In this document: positions 1 through 11,492 of the stretch, one piece after another | How positions within the stretch are numbered: position 1 is the stretch's first letter | How the letters are laid out: each line of letters begins with the position of its first letter | DNA from: Mustelus asterias | Taxonomy: Eukaryota | Assembly (NCBI RefSeq): GCF_964213995.1 | Contig: NW_027590141.1 | Span: 372,001-436,000 of the forward strand | DNA: 64,000 bases | Direction of reading: 5' to 3' | The notes under the pieces: model-generated | Told to the model about the DNA's origin: nothing | The model's database searches: none | What the model saw: only the letters and a program-made list of their open reading frames with translations | Position numbers and translations under genes: made by a program

Positions 1-350
1 CTCCGGCCAGAGCGAGAAGCCGCTCGGTGATCTCCCCCTCCCCCCTCTCTCTACGGCGGCTGCTGCTCCAAAAAGAGATCGAGAGCGGACCGCTGGCGGC
101 AGCCGCACTGCGCCTGCTCCGGACAGCTGGGCTCAGCAGCGCTCTCTGCGCCTGCTCCGGACAGCTCGGCTCAGCAGCGCTCTCTGCGCCTGCTCCGGAC
201 AGCTCGGCTCAGCAGCGCTCTCTGCGCCTGCTCCGGACAGCTCGGTTCAGCAGTGCTCTCTGCGCCTGCGCGCTGGGCTGCCAGCTGAGGGAGTGGGGGA
301 GGGGACTTTGCAAAATCTCTTCCCATCAAATTCTTCCAAGTCCCGCAGTT
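1..350 (+). promoter_or_regulatory. CpG-island-like promoter of ZNF pseudogene 1
   Basis: GC/CpG-rich, with repeated TGCGCCTGC(T/G)C NRF1-like motifs. Lies upstream of a donor (acatct|gtgagg, 629/630) homologous to other first-exon donors in the window. Confidence 0.55.
107..272. repeat. 38-bp tandem repeat, about 4.5 copies
   Basis: Unit tctctgcgcctgctccggacagctcggctcagcagcgc is directly visible. Confidence 0.9.
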
Positions 351-384
351 TGATTTGAAACAGAACAGCTTCTGTTTGTAGCTT

Positions 385-608
385 CACCACAGACTCAAAC
401 TTCACACACAGACTCCAACTTCACACACAGACTCAAACTTCACCACAGACTCAAACTTCACACTACAGACTCAAACTTCACACACAGACTCAAACTTCAC
501 CACAGACTCAAACTTCACACACAGACTCAAACTTCACACACAGACTCAAACTTCACACTACAGACTCAAACTTCACACACAGACTCAAACTTCACCACAG
601 ACTCCAAC
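385..608. repeat. Minisatellite (cagactcaaacttcacaca)n, 18-21 bp units
   Basis: About 11 directly visible units. Confidence 0.9.
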
Positions 609-974
609 CTCATCCTCTGGACAACATCTGTGAGGAAAACACTTTCTTTCTCCCCCTGGGAAATACAGAGACAGAGAAATTCTCTGGAACTGGAATTAGA
701 GACAAATATGGTGAGGGGGAAATGTTTGTGATTTTGTGGAACCTGTTTTATTGTCTGAGATATTTAAAGACAAATTTATCCTGTCTATTTAAATACTGTT
801 TGTCTGTTAATGCATGATTCATTGATGTTGATTTTAATTTGATTATTGCAAGATTTATTAGAAGGTGAAATCTTTCCCTTTGTTTATTCCATTGGGTTTG
901 TCTGGGAATTTGTTAATTTTAAGGTTATTGTACTCATAAGGATCATAACAACATTGATACATCTAGAGTTATTA

Positions 975-1236
975 TAAGAACATAAGAACTAGGAGCAGGA
1001 GTAGGCCATCTGGCCCCTTGAGCCTGCTCCGCCATTCAATAAGATCATGGCTGATTTTTTTGTGGACTCAGCTCCACTTACCTGCCCGCTCCCCATAACC
1101 CTTATTCCTTTACTGTTCAAAAATTTATCTATCCTTGCCTTAAACACATTCAATGAGGTAGCCTCAACTGCTTCACTGGGCAGGGACTTACACAGATTCA
1201 CAACCTTTGTGTGAAGAAGTTCCTCCTCAACTCAGT
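975..1236 (-). mobile_element. CR1-type LINE 3' end fragment
   Basis: Translates as NL..SLPSEAVEATSLNVFKARIDKFL, with the 3' UTR and ttatgttct tail shared with other copies. Confidence 0.85.
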
Positions 1237-1537
1237 TGAGTTATAGAAGATCAGCCCTCATTCTTCGAAACTTTGAGAGAATAGAGGCCCAGTCTCGTCC
1301 GAGGAAACTTCCACCCTTCCAGGGATTTGTCGAATGAACCCTTGCTCCACTCCCTCTATTGCAAGTGTATCCTTCCTTTAGTAAGGAGACAAAAGCTCCA
1401 CACAATACTCCAGGTAATGCAGGGAGAGTGTGGGACAGTTATTTACAGCTTTCAGGGAACAAGATAGAAATTAACAACTGCCAATTGTAGATTCTATCCT
1501 TAACTGACAGTGATGAAATTTATAACCTCTTTTACAG

Positions 1538-2180
1538 GATCTTCAAAGGGGGAGGATTTGCAGACACAAAATTCAAATCAAACATCAAGTGAAGAATTGA
1601 CAGAGTCACTCGATTATCAGGATCTGAATATCATTAGCCTTTGAATCTAGAAGGAGAAATGTCTTTTTGTTCTGTTTGCTTCAGAAAGTTTTAAACATCA
1701 GTGTGACTGGAAAAGCAGCAAGACACAAACATCTGGGTGAGACTGTTCCAGTGACAGTTACATAGTTTGAAAGACCATCACCATTTACACCAGGAAGAGA
1801 TTGTACAGACGCTTTGTGTGGCCACCTCGGCTGAACAACAAACCTGGAGACAGGGACACCCGCACCATGGAGAAACCGTGGAAATGTGGGGATTGTGGGA
1901 AGGGATTCAAATCCCCGTCTCAGCTGGAAATTCATCGACGCAGTCACACTGGGAGAGGAGGTTCACCTGCTGTGATTGTGGTAAGGGATTCACTCATTCA
2001 TCCCACCTGCTGAGACACCAGCGGGTTCACACCAAGGAGAGGCCATTCACCTGCTCCGAGTGTGGGAAGACCTTCACTACTTCATCTGATCTGCTGAAAC
2101 ACCAGCGAATTCACACTGGGGAAAGGCCATTCACTTGCTCTGAGTGTGAGATGGGATTCAGTCGGTTATCTCACTTCTAA
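1538..2180 (+). pseudogene. C2H2 ZNF pseudogene 1 (frameshifted, truncated)
   Basis: Acceptor tttacag|1538; [12 protein letters not shown] at about 1867; frameshift at about 1958; array stops in the 4th finger. Confidence 0.85.
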
Positions 2181-2749
2181 AACTAAACTGCAGCTTAGAA
2201 CTGAAAATGAAAGAACTTCTGTCACCTGACCTGCAACCAATTTTTTTTCTCAAATCCCAAAGTAAAAACAAACAACCTCGATATGAGCCACTTAAGGAGC
2301 AAATAAAGGACTCTTTGTAGACAAGCCGGTGCCATAATGTATAAAAAGTTGAAAAGGTTCATTTACAACAGCAGGATCATGATTTTGAGAGAAAAAAATT
2401 TGTAAAGAAACACTAATGTCACACGACCGTACGATATTACCAGATTAGAAATAATAATAAATGTACATTATTGCAGATCCATACATGTCTAATCTTGCCA
2501 TATGACAACACTGAACATATCTCTAACCTATATTAATTTACAGTCCCCTTAAATGTCAGATATTTTCTGGGGAAACCAGCCCTTTACTTGTGAGCATTAG
2601 GAAAGAGACCATCTTTTCAGCCAGACAAATAAATGTGTCAGCTGAGGGAGCAAAGGATGTCAATGTCTTTAAGAGAGAGAGAGAGACCTGGGCCAACCTT
2701 CCCAGAGTCTGCAGCCTCCCTGGATTCACTTCCTTTCCCTTCAGTTGCT

Positions 2750-3510
2750 GCAAGTCCCCAATTTCCCCCAGAATGAGAAAAGAAATGGAAAGGGGGAGAA
2801 AAAGTGTTTTACTCACAGATGTTGGAACAGGAGGACGTTTCTGCCTCTCTGATGCCCCATCTTCATTCACACAAAAACCCACGCTCTGATTGGCTGGGAG
2901 ACCTGTGGCCTTCCGGTCCTCCAATTCTTCTCATTGGCCAGAGCTGGTGAGGGGCGGTGAATCAAACATGCGCATGTGCGGGTTTGGGGGGAATGCGCAT
3001 GTGCGGGTGTGGGGCGGGGCCCGGGACAAAGCCGGCGCACTGACCATTGTCCATTGACCATCTTCCAGCCTTTCCCATTGGACAACAGCTCAGCACAACT
3101 GGAGGGCAAAGTCCCGCCCACCCCCACGTGGGGCTCCGCCCCTCATTGTCCGTCTGCGGGGGATTGACCAATGGGAACTCTGGAAGACCGGAAGGATTCT
3201 GCTCTGGTCGCTGCCTCTCACAGGCTCTGACCAATGGGCATTCTGGAGGACCGCAAGGACTCTGGTCCTCCAGCCAATCAAAGCTCCTCCATTGTCTGAA
3301 TGCGGAAGTGCACAATGAGCTTGTTCAGCTGCTCACTCCAGCCCAGCAAAACGAACTGCTGCTCTCTCTCTGAATGAAGATTGAGCTTCAGACAGACTCA
3401 AACTTCCTCCTGTCTCTCCAACATCTGTGAGTAAAACACTTTCTTTTCTCCCCCCTTCCATTCCTTTTTTCATTCTGGGGGGGAAACTGTTGACTTGCAG
3501 CAACTGATCA
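2750..3510. promoter_or_regulatory. Bidirectional CpG promoter with mirror-image first exons
   Basis: NRF1-like TGCGCATG, GC boxes and several CCAAT boxes. Inverted homologous arms each end in acatct|gtgagt donors (3426/3427 on +, 2817/2816 on -). Confidence 0.65.
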
Positions 3511-3519
3511 CGAGAAATA

Positions 3520-4605
3520 GACGCAGGAGTGGCCACCAGGCCCTTCATGGCTGATCTATGCCGGCTTCAACTCCTTTTGTGTGCCTTTTCCCATAGCCAT
3601 CTATTCCTCGATCTATCAACTATTTATCCACCTCCACTTTAAATACTTATCATGGTCTAGCCTCCACCTGTGGGGGAGAGAATTCCAGAGATTCACCACC
3701 CTCTGGGGGAAGAAATTTCTGTGCACCTCAGTTTTAAATGACCGACCATTTAGCTTGTTCAAGACTTTAGCACTTGTAAAAATATCTCACCATCTATCCT
3801 GTCAAGCCCCCTCAGGATCTAATGTTTCAATAAAGTCACCTCTTTGACTTCAAAGCTTCAAGGAATACAGACCGAGACAATTTATTCTCTCTTGATAGGA
3901 CAACCCTCTCACCCAGGAATTTGCCTGGTGAATCTCCTTTGGACCACATCCAATGTTACTGTATCCTTGTTTAAGTAAGAAGATCAAAACTACGCAGTAT
4001 TCCAGGTGAGGCCTCACCAACACAACCCCCCCCCCCCCCCTGTTTTTAAACTCCAACCCCTTTGCAATAAAGGTCAAAATTCCATTTTTCTTCTTACCAA
4101 CTGTGGGACCTGCCTGCGAGCTTTTTGTGATTCATGTGCAAGAACATCTAGATCCCTCTGTACTTCACTCACCTGCAGCGCCGCTCCATGTAGATAATCT
4201 CCCTTTTGATTTCTCCTACTGAAATACATGACCTCCCACTTCTCCACATTAAACTCCATTTGCCAGGTTTTTGTCACCCAATCTATCTATATCCCACTGC
4301 AGAATCAAAATATCCTCATCACAACATGTCCTTCCGCCTATCTTCGTATCAGTTGGAAACCTTACATTCTGTTCTTTCCTCCAGGTCATTAATTGAATAA
4401 TGAACAATTGCAGGCGAAGAACTGATCCCTGTGGTACTCCACTAGTTACATCTTTCCACTCTGAAAATGACTAATTTATTCCAACTCTCTGTTTTCTATG
4501 TGACGGCCAGTTTTCAATCCATGCTAATACACTTCCACCAATTCCATGGACCTTTACTTTACAGGCCAGTCTCTTATGCAGCGCCTTGTCAAATGCCTTT
4601 TGGAA
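3520..4605 (-). mobile_element. Degenerate CR1 LINE fragment
   Basis: WQMEFNVEKWEVM, LVRPHLEYC and LGLYSL motifs on the minus strand. Confidence 0.85.
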
Positions 4606-4607
4606 AT

Positions 4608-4940
4608 CATAGAATCATGGAATCCCTAGAGTGCAGAAGGAGACCATTTGGCCCATCGAGTCTGCACTGACTCTCCGACAGAATATCTTTCCCAGGCCCT
4701 ATCCCCATGACCCCACATTTTTACCCCATTAATCCCCCTAATCCACATCTATTGGGACACAAAGGGGCAAGTTAGCATGGCCATTCAAGCTAACCCACAC
4801 ATCATTGGGGAGAGCCTGGAGCACTCGGAGGAAACCCACGCAGACGCAGGGAGAATGTGCACACAGACTCACCCAAGGCCGCAATTGAATCCGGGTCCCT
4901 GGTGCTGTGATGCAATAGTGGTAAACACTGTGCCACCCTA
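4608..4940 (-). mobile_element. tRNA-derived V-SINE (HE1-like)
   Basis: Reverse complement of the tRNA-like head, the V-domain (gcgtgggtttcctcc) and a CR1-like tail. Confidence 0.75.
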
Positions 4941-6048
4941 TCTAAATACACTACATCTACAGATTGCTCTCAATCTACACTCCCCTATTACATTCTCAAA
5001 GAATTCAAGCGAATTTGTCAAACATGATTTATGTTTCATAAAAGAATCTTGATGAGGTTTGATTATATTCAGCTTTCCTAAATGATTAGCTCTTTCCTCT
5101 TTGATTATTGACTCCAGTATCTTGCCAACAACAGATGTGAAATTAACAAGGTTAAATTAACCCTGCCTTCTGCCTTTCTCCCTTTTTGCACAAGGTAGTC
5201 ACATTGGCTGTTTTCCAATCTTCAATATCCTCCCAAAATTTAGCGAGCTACGAAAAATTACAACCAAAGCGTCCACTATCTCTTCAGCAAACTCCATTAA
5301 AAGCCGAGCGTGCAGTTCATTGGGTCCTGGTGACTTGTCCATCCTTCGCCACTGAAGGGAAAGGAAGGGAGTCCAGTCTGTACATTCCACTCATTTAGTC
5401 CAGTCAGATAGACATATATCTGTCTGGCAGCCTGCATGGAGATTTCCAGCTCTCTGTGTCCAGGACAGGAAGCAGTGAGCATGGATCTGTCAATCAGCTT
5501 CAATCAGCACTTTCAGGAGAATTGGGAGGGTGAATATTAGATACAGCAGAGTGAGAATGGAGGGAGAGTGTGTGGGATGGAGATTGACAGCTTTTGGGGA
5601 ATGAGAGAGAAAGAATGTTCTACTGAAATTGTCAGTTCTTAATTTCTATCCTGTCCTGATACTGATTATTTTTGTAAACTCGTTTTGCAGGACATCAGAA
5701 GAGGAGTATTTACAGATAGAAATCGAAATCCAAACTACACATCATGATCTGACAGAGTCACTCAATTCATTGGGACCTGAATATTAGCAGCCTTTGAATC
5801 TGGAAGGAGAAATGTTTCTCTGTTCTTTCTCTTCAGAACGCTTTAAACATCAGTGTGCCTGGAAAAGCTCCAGGATGCACACACACCCGAGAGAGTCTAC
5901 TCCAGTGCACTGACTGTGGAAAGAGCTTTAACCAGTAACACAGCCTGAAAATACATCACAGCATTCACAGCGGGGAGAGACTGTACCCGTGTTCTGTGTG
6001 AGATTTAACTGATTGTTTAACCTGGAGAGTCACAGGGACACCCGCACC

Positions 6049-6807
6049 ATGGAGAAACCGTGGAAATGTGGAGACTGTGGGAAGGTATTCAGGCACCCAT
6101 CTCAGCTGGAAATTCATCAACGCAGTCACACTGGGGAGAGGCCGTTCACCTGCTCTGTGTGTGGGAAAGGATTCAGTCAGTTATCCCACCTACTGAGTCA
6201 CAATCTCACTCACAGCAATGAGAGACTCTTTAAATGCTCTGATTGTGGAAGTGGTTTCAAAAGCTCTCGGAATCTGATGTCCCACCAGCGCATTCACACT
6301 GGGGAGAGACCGTTCAGCTGCTCTCAGTGTGCAAAGGGATTCATTCAGTTATCCCACCTGTTGAGACACAAAGTCACTCACAGCAATGAGAGACCCTTTA
6401 AATGCTCTGACTGTGGGAGCGGATTCAAAAGCTCTCGGGAACTCGTGTTCCACCAGCGCATTCACAGTGAGGAGAGACCGTTCAGCTGCTCTCACTGCTC
6501 AAAGAGATTTAGAACATCATCCAGCCTGCGGAGACACCAGCGAGTTCACACTGGGGAGAGACCGTTCACCTGCTCTGTGTGTGAGAAGGGATTCACCCAG
6601 TCATCCCACCTGCACAGACACCAGCGACTTCACACTGAAGACAGGCCGTTCACCTGCTCTCAGTGTGAGAAGGGATTTACTGACTCATCCAGCCTGCGGA
6701 CACACCAGCGAGTTCACACTGGGGAGAGACCGTTCACCTGCTCTCTGTGTGGGAAGGGATTCATAGTTTCATCCCAGCTGCTGAGACACCAACAAGTTCA
6801 CGAGTGA
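6049..6807 (+). CDS. C2H2 zinc-finger protein 2, 9 fingers, no KRAB seen
   Basis: Intact ORF from ACC-ATG-G (MEKPWKC) with TGERPF linkers; exon acceptor ttttgcag|5691. Confidence 0.9.
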   Translation: MEKPWKCGDCGKVFRHPSQLEIHQRSHTGERPFTCSVCGKGFSQLSHLLSHNLTHSNERLFKCSDCGSGFKSSRNLMSHQRIHTGERPFSCSQCAKGFIQLSHLLRHKVTHSNERPFKCSDCGSGFKSSRELVFHQRIHSEERPFSCSHCSKRFRTSSSLRRHQRVHTGERPFTCSVCEKGFTQSSHLHRHQRLHTEDRPFTCSQCEKGFTDSSSLRTHQRVHTGERPFTCSLCGKGFIVSSQLLRHQQVHE

Positions 6808-7919
6808 TTCCAGGGGTTGAATTCTGCTGTTATTGTTTCTGCTCTCAGTTACATCCAGGACTGCATTTTGTTCATTCTCACAGTTGGTCAATGGGGAGGG
6901 ACGAGGGTTTCTTTCTGCGGGACTGGCCGGTCTCATGACTTTGCCTCCAGTGGCTGGTGCTCGGAACTTCAGAGATATTTAGTCAGCATTTCTGTTTGAA
7001 ACTCCCCCAAATCCCCATCCAATTTCCTTTGTAATTGTTTATTGTCTCCACTTCCGCCACCCTCGTAGGCAGCGAGTTCCAGGTCATTACCATTCGCTGC
7101 ATCAAAATATTCTTCCTCACGTTCCCCTCCCTCGCATCTCTGACCCAAAACCTTCAATCTGTGTCCCCCTTGTCCTTGTCCCATCAGCAGATGGGAACAG
7201 CTTTCCTTTGTCCACCTTATCGAAACCTATCAGAATCGTGTCAGGAATGTAAAGCTGGAAATCCCTCCCTAACAGCACTGTGGGTGAACTTACACCTCAG
7301 GCATTGTAACAGTTCAGGAAGGCAGTGTTGGGGTTGACCACGGCCGAGGCAGCTACAGACAGCCACATATTCTGTTATAATTGAAGGACAGCAGATTGAA
7401 TGTGAGGCATTATGGGACTGGACTATCTTGACCACATTCCTGTGACTGCTCAGTTTCTGCAATCACGGACCATTAAAGCTGCTGAGCAGGGCCCCGACAG
7501 AGGACCTGGTGAGAATATTTACTCAGAATGAGTTAGAATTAAACTTATTCCAGGATCGGCAGGTGTTCAGCGGCTGAGATACTTGAATCTGTGAAACGTG
7601 GGTCTGATCAATCAACAAACGATGATAGGTAGTTGGTTAAGAAGCATTCTCAGGCATTATTTAAATTATTTTATCATAAATTTGTGACCCGATAGTTGGT
7701 GAGGTGACGGTATACTCCAAGTAGCACTGGATTGAAAAGCAGATCTCAGAGTAGATTCTAATGTTATAATCTTACCCAAGCATGGCCAGTGAAAAATCAG
7801 AGCTCGAGTGGGGACTGGACAGGTCTCTTACCTGCCATTTGGAAACTAAGAACAAGAAACTTATCGATAAAATGATTAGAGAATAGAGCCAATCTTTCGA
7901 ATCTGAATGACACTTCAGA

Positions 7920-8057
7920 AGAGCTCTTATAAAGGGTCATCCAGACTCGAAACATTGGCTCTATTCTCTCTCCACAGATGCTGTCAGACCTGCTGAGATT
8001 TTCCAGCATTTTCTGTTTTTGTTTCAGATTCCAGCATCCGCAGTATTTAACTTTTAT
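7920..8057 (+). mobile_element. Short repeat (probable second Penelope pLTR family) with degenerate hammerhead motif
   Basis: GGGTC-ATCCA-GACTC-GAAAC stem followed by cacagatgctgtcagacctgctgag. Homologous pieces at 54700-54801 (-), about 31085 and about 59160. Confidence 0.5.
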
Positions 8058-8485
8058 GATAAAATGATTAGTTCTGATTGGAATCCCCACGACCCTCCCG
8101 CAAAACAGAGGGAGTGGTGGTAAAGGGAGAAAAAGGATAAGGATGATAAAGTCTGGGTCCTGATTCTCCGAGCCCATGTAGAATAAACAAAATGAGTGAA
8201 GCAGTTTATAAAGAACAGAAGTTACCCATCCCTAACAAAAACTGATCAAATTAAAATAATTAGGTTGAGGAATATAACAAAAAAAAGATGAAGTTTAGAA
8301 AAGTTTGTTTTGTTGTTACCACACTGTATTCAGCTCAATGTTTGTGGAATCTGTGCAGCCAGCAGGAATTGTTTAAATTAAGAATTTCTTCTTTGATTTT
8401 GATCAGTGAGAGGACATTATATTCTGTGAAAATCTGCCTCAAGAATAAGGCTGATTGTTCAGTCTGAGGGTGAAAGAAAGATACA

Positions 8486-9130
8486 GGGGGCGATCTTACC
8501 GGCTCGACTCGCCGCTCGATTAGACCGGTGAGCCAGGAAGATAGCGTGCGAGACTAAAGGATTGCTCTCTTCCCGGGCCGTGTTTTGCCGGCTTCATTCC
8601 CAGAAAGGGAGTGAAGGTTATTTGCACAGAGTTGCCTACATTACAATGTGATTGGTGGGTTCAGCATGGCTGCTTCCCCCCCTCGCTGGCAAGACGTCAC
8701 ATCGGCGAGAATCACTACTGGTCTTCACCAGCGGGGAACAGGTGCTTGGGCCACACTGGGTGTGTTGTGTGGGGGGGGGGCTGTGTGTGTGGGATCGGAG
8801 GCCATTGAAGCCACCATGGTGGTCAGGGGCAGTGCCCATTGAGCAATGCCACATTCAGTACCCTCCTAGCACCCTGGCAGTGCCCAGTTGAGCACCATAA
8901 GTGTACCATGGGCAGTGCCAAGGGGATGGGTGGGGGTGGGGCTTAGTGGAGGGGTATTTATAATGACTGGGGGCTTATGCAAGGAGGGTGGATGCCAAGG
9001 GGGGAGCTTTGCATGGGGGAGGGTGATCGCGGGGGAGGGTGATCGCGGGGGGGGGTGAATCTCTGCCAAGGGGAGTGGATGTGCACAGGGGGGCGTTCAG
9101 GAATTGGCCACGGAGGGGGCATCATGGTGA
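8486..9130. mobile_element. GC-rich interspersed repeat, possibly a non-autonomous DNA transposon
   Basis: Starts ggggcgatcttacc, which resembles the reverse complement of ggtaaaatcgggccc ending the similar region 60697-61424. Family not established. Confidence 0.3.
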
Positions 9131-9269
9131 TTGACTAAGCAGTGACCCTTAATTGAGTAACAATTAATAAATCCGTCGTTATAGTAAAAGACTGAGTTTT
9201 TATTTGCTGTTAAAATGTAAAAGCTTAATTGTTGTGTATGTAACGAATGTGCAATGAAGATAAATTTTT

Positions 9270-9575
9270 AAAGTTTATTTATTTGTGTCACAAGTAGGCT
9301 CACATTAACACTGCAATTAAGTTACTGTGAAAATCCCCCAGTCGCCACACTCCAGCGCCTGTTCGGGTTACACTGAGGGAGAATTTAGCATGGCCAATGC
9401 ACCCTAACCAGCACGTCTTTCAGACTGGGTATGGATACAGGAGCAGCTGGAGGAAACCCAGGCAAACACGGGGAGAACATGCAGACACCACATGGACAGT
9501 GACCCAAGCTGGGAATCGAACCCGGGTCCCTGGCACTGTGAGGCAGCAGTGCTAACCACTGTGTTACCGTGCTGC
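9270..9575 (-). mobile_element. V-SINE (HE1-like)
   Basis: Reverse complement of GGCAGCACGGT..CAGTGGTTAGCACTGCTGCCTCACAG..GGTTCGATTCC (A/B boxes). Confidence 0.85.
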
Positions 9576-9899
9576 CAAGTCGGCCATTTGGCCCGTCAAG
9601 CCCGCTTGCCATTCATTTTGGTCATGGCTGATCATCGAATTCAATATCCTGATTCCCCCCGCCCCCGTACCCCCCCCATACCCCCCCGCACCCCCCCATA
9701 CCCCCCCCGCACCCCCTCTCCCATACCCCCCCCCGCACCCCCCCTCCCATACCCCCCCCTATACCCCTCGATCCCTTTAGCCCCAAGAGCTATATCTAAT
9801 TTCTTCTTGAAATCACAATGTTTTGGCCTCAACTACTTTCTGTGGGAGTGAATTCCACACATTCACCACTCTCTGGGTGAAGAAATTTCTCCTCATAGC

Positions 9900-10400
9900 A
9901 TCTGCAGTATAATGTGGATAAATGTGAGGTTATCTACTTTGATAGCAATAATAGGAAGACAGATTATCACCTGAATGGGTGTAAATTGGGAGAGGTGGAT
10001 ACTCAGCGAGACCATGGAATCCTCGTGCATCAGTCGCTGAAAGCCCGCAGGTTCAGCAGACAGTAAAGAAGGCAAATGGTATGTTGGCCTTCATAGCGAG
10101 AGGATTTGAGTACAGGGATAGGGATGTTTGGCTGCAATTGTATAGGGCGTTGTTGAGGCCACGCCTGGAGTATTGTGTGCAGTTTTGGTGTCCTTATCTG
10201 AGGAAGAATGTCCTTGCTATAGCGGGAGAGCAGCGAAGGTTTACCAGCTGATTCCTGGGATGGCAGGTCTGTCATATGAGGAGAGACTAAGTCAGTTAGG
10301 ATTGTATTCACTGGAGTTTAAAAGAATGAGAGGGGATCTCATAGAAACTTATAAAATTCTAACAGGTTAGATTCAGAAAGAATGTTCCCAATGGTGGTGG
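9900..10400 (+). mobile_element. CR1 LINE fragment
   Basis: LIPGMAGLSYEERLSQLGLYSLEFKRMRGDLIETYKIL. Confidence 0.85.
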
Positions 10401-10499
10401 AGTGTAGGTTAGGTGGATTGGCCATGTTAAATTGCCCCTTTATTGTCTAAAGGTATGCAGGTTAGGTGGATTGGCGATGCTAAATTGCCATTTAGTATC

Positions 10500-10730
10500 A
10501 GGAACAGGAGTAGGTCCCAATCAGCCCCTTCTTCAGCCTGTTACACAGTAATAGGGCGGGGGGGGGGGGGCACATTCAGCCCCTTCTCCAGCCTGTTACA
10601 CAGGAACAGGAGGAGGCCCCATTCAGCCCCTTCTCCAGCCTGTTACACAGGAACAGGAGGAGGCCATTCAGCCCCTTCTCCAGCCTGTTACACAGGAACA
10701 GGAGGCGGCCATTCAGTCCCTTCTCCGGCC
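10500..10730. repeat. About 44-bp tandem repeat (cattcagccccttctccagcctgttacacaggaacaggaggaggc)
   Basis: 4-5 copies visible; a single copy at about 17545-17590. Confidence 0.8.
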
Positions 10731-11211
10731 CGTTTCCTGCATTCGGTGAGCTTGGAGTTGATTGTAACTAATTCCATACGCCACCTTCGCCCCACGTCCA
10801 TGGATACCAATCTCTCCGTTGCAAGACTTAAGATTAATAATTGACCCAGCATCAGTTGCTCTTGTGCGTCCAAGCATTTCCCAATTTTTCTCCCGTTAGG
10901 TCTAGTTCGAACACTTAGGCTCTGTCCACGCCTGTCCAACCTTCAGTCACCAAATAGCAGAGATAACACCCTCTATCTAACCCTAATCAGTTCCCCTGAA
11001 GCTTGTAAACTTTAATCAACACTTACCCTTCTCCATTCCAGCGAATACAACCCCAGTTTCTGCAATCTCTCCTTTGCCCGTAAGAAATAGGAGCAGAGGC
11101 CATTCAGCCCTTCCAGCCTGCTGCCCCCTCGAATTAGCTCATGGCCCATCTGAATGCTCGCTAACTCTACTTTCCAGCCTTCTCGCCGCAACCTTGAATT
11201 CCCCCAACCAA

Positions 11212-11492
11212 TTAAGGGACAATTTAGCATGGCCAATCCCCCTAACCCACACATCTTTGGACACTAAGGGGCAGTTTAGCATAGCCAATCCACCTAAACT
11301 ACACATCTTTGGACACGAAGGGACAATTTATCATGGCCAATCCCCTAACCCACACATCTTTAGACAGTAAGGGACAATTTAGCATAGCCAATCCCCCTAA
11401 CCCACACATCTTTGGACATTAAGAGGCAATTTACCATGGCCAATCTACCTAACCTGCATATCTTTGGACACTAAGGGACAATTTACCATGGC
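11212..11492. repeat. About 55-58 bp tandem repeat derived from SINE internal sequence
   Basis: Five copies of aagggacaatttagcatggccaatcccctaacccacacatctttggacac. Confidence 0.8.

Noticed and set aside
10500-11492. Regularly spaced repeats resembling CRISPR arrays
   Set aside because: No unique spacers; eukaryotic tandem repeats derived from retroposon sequence.
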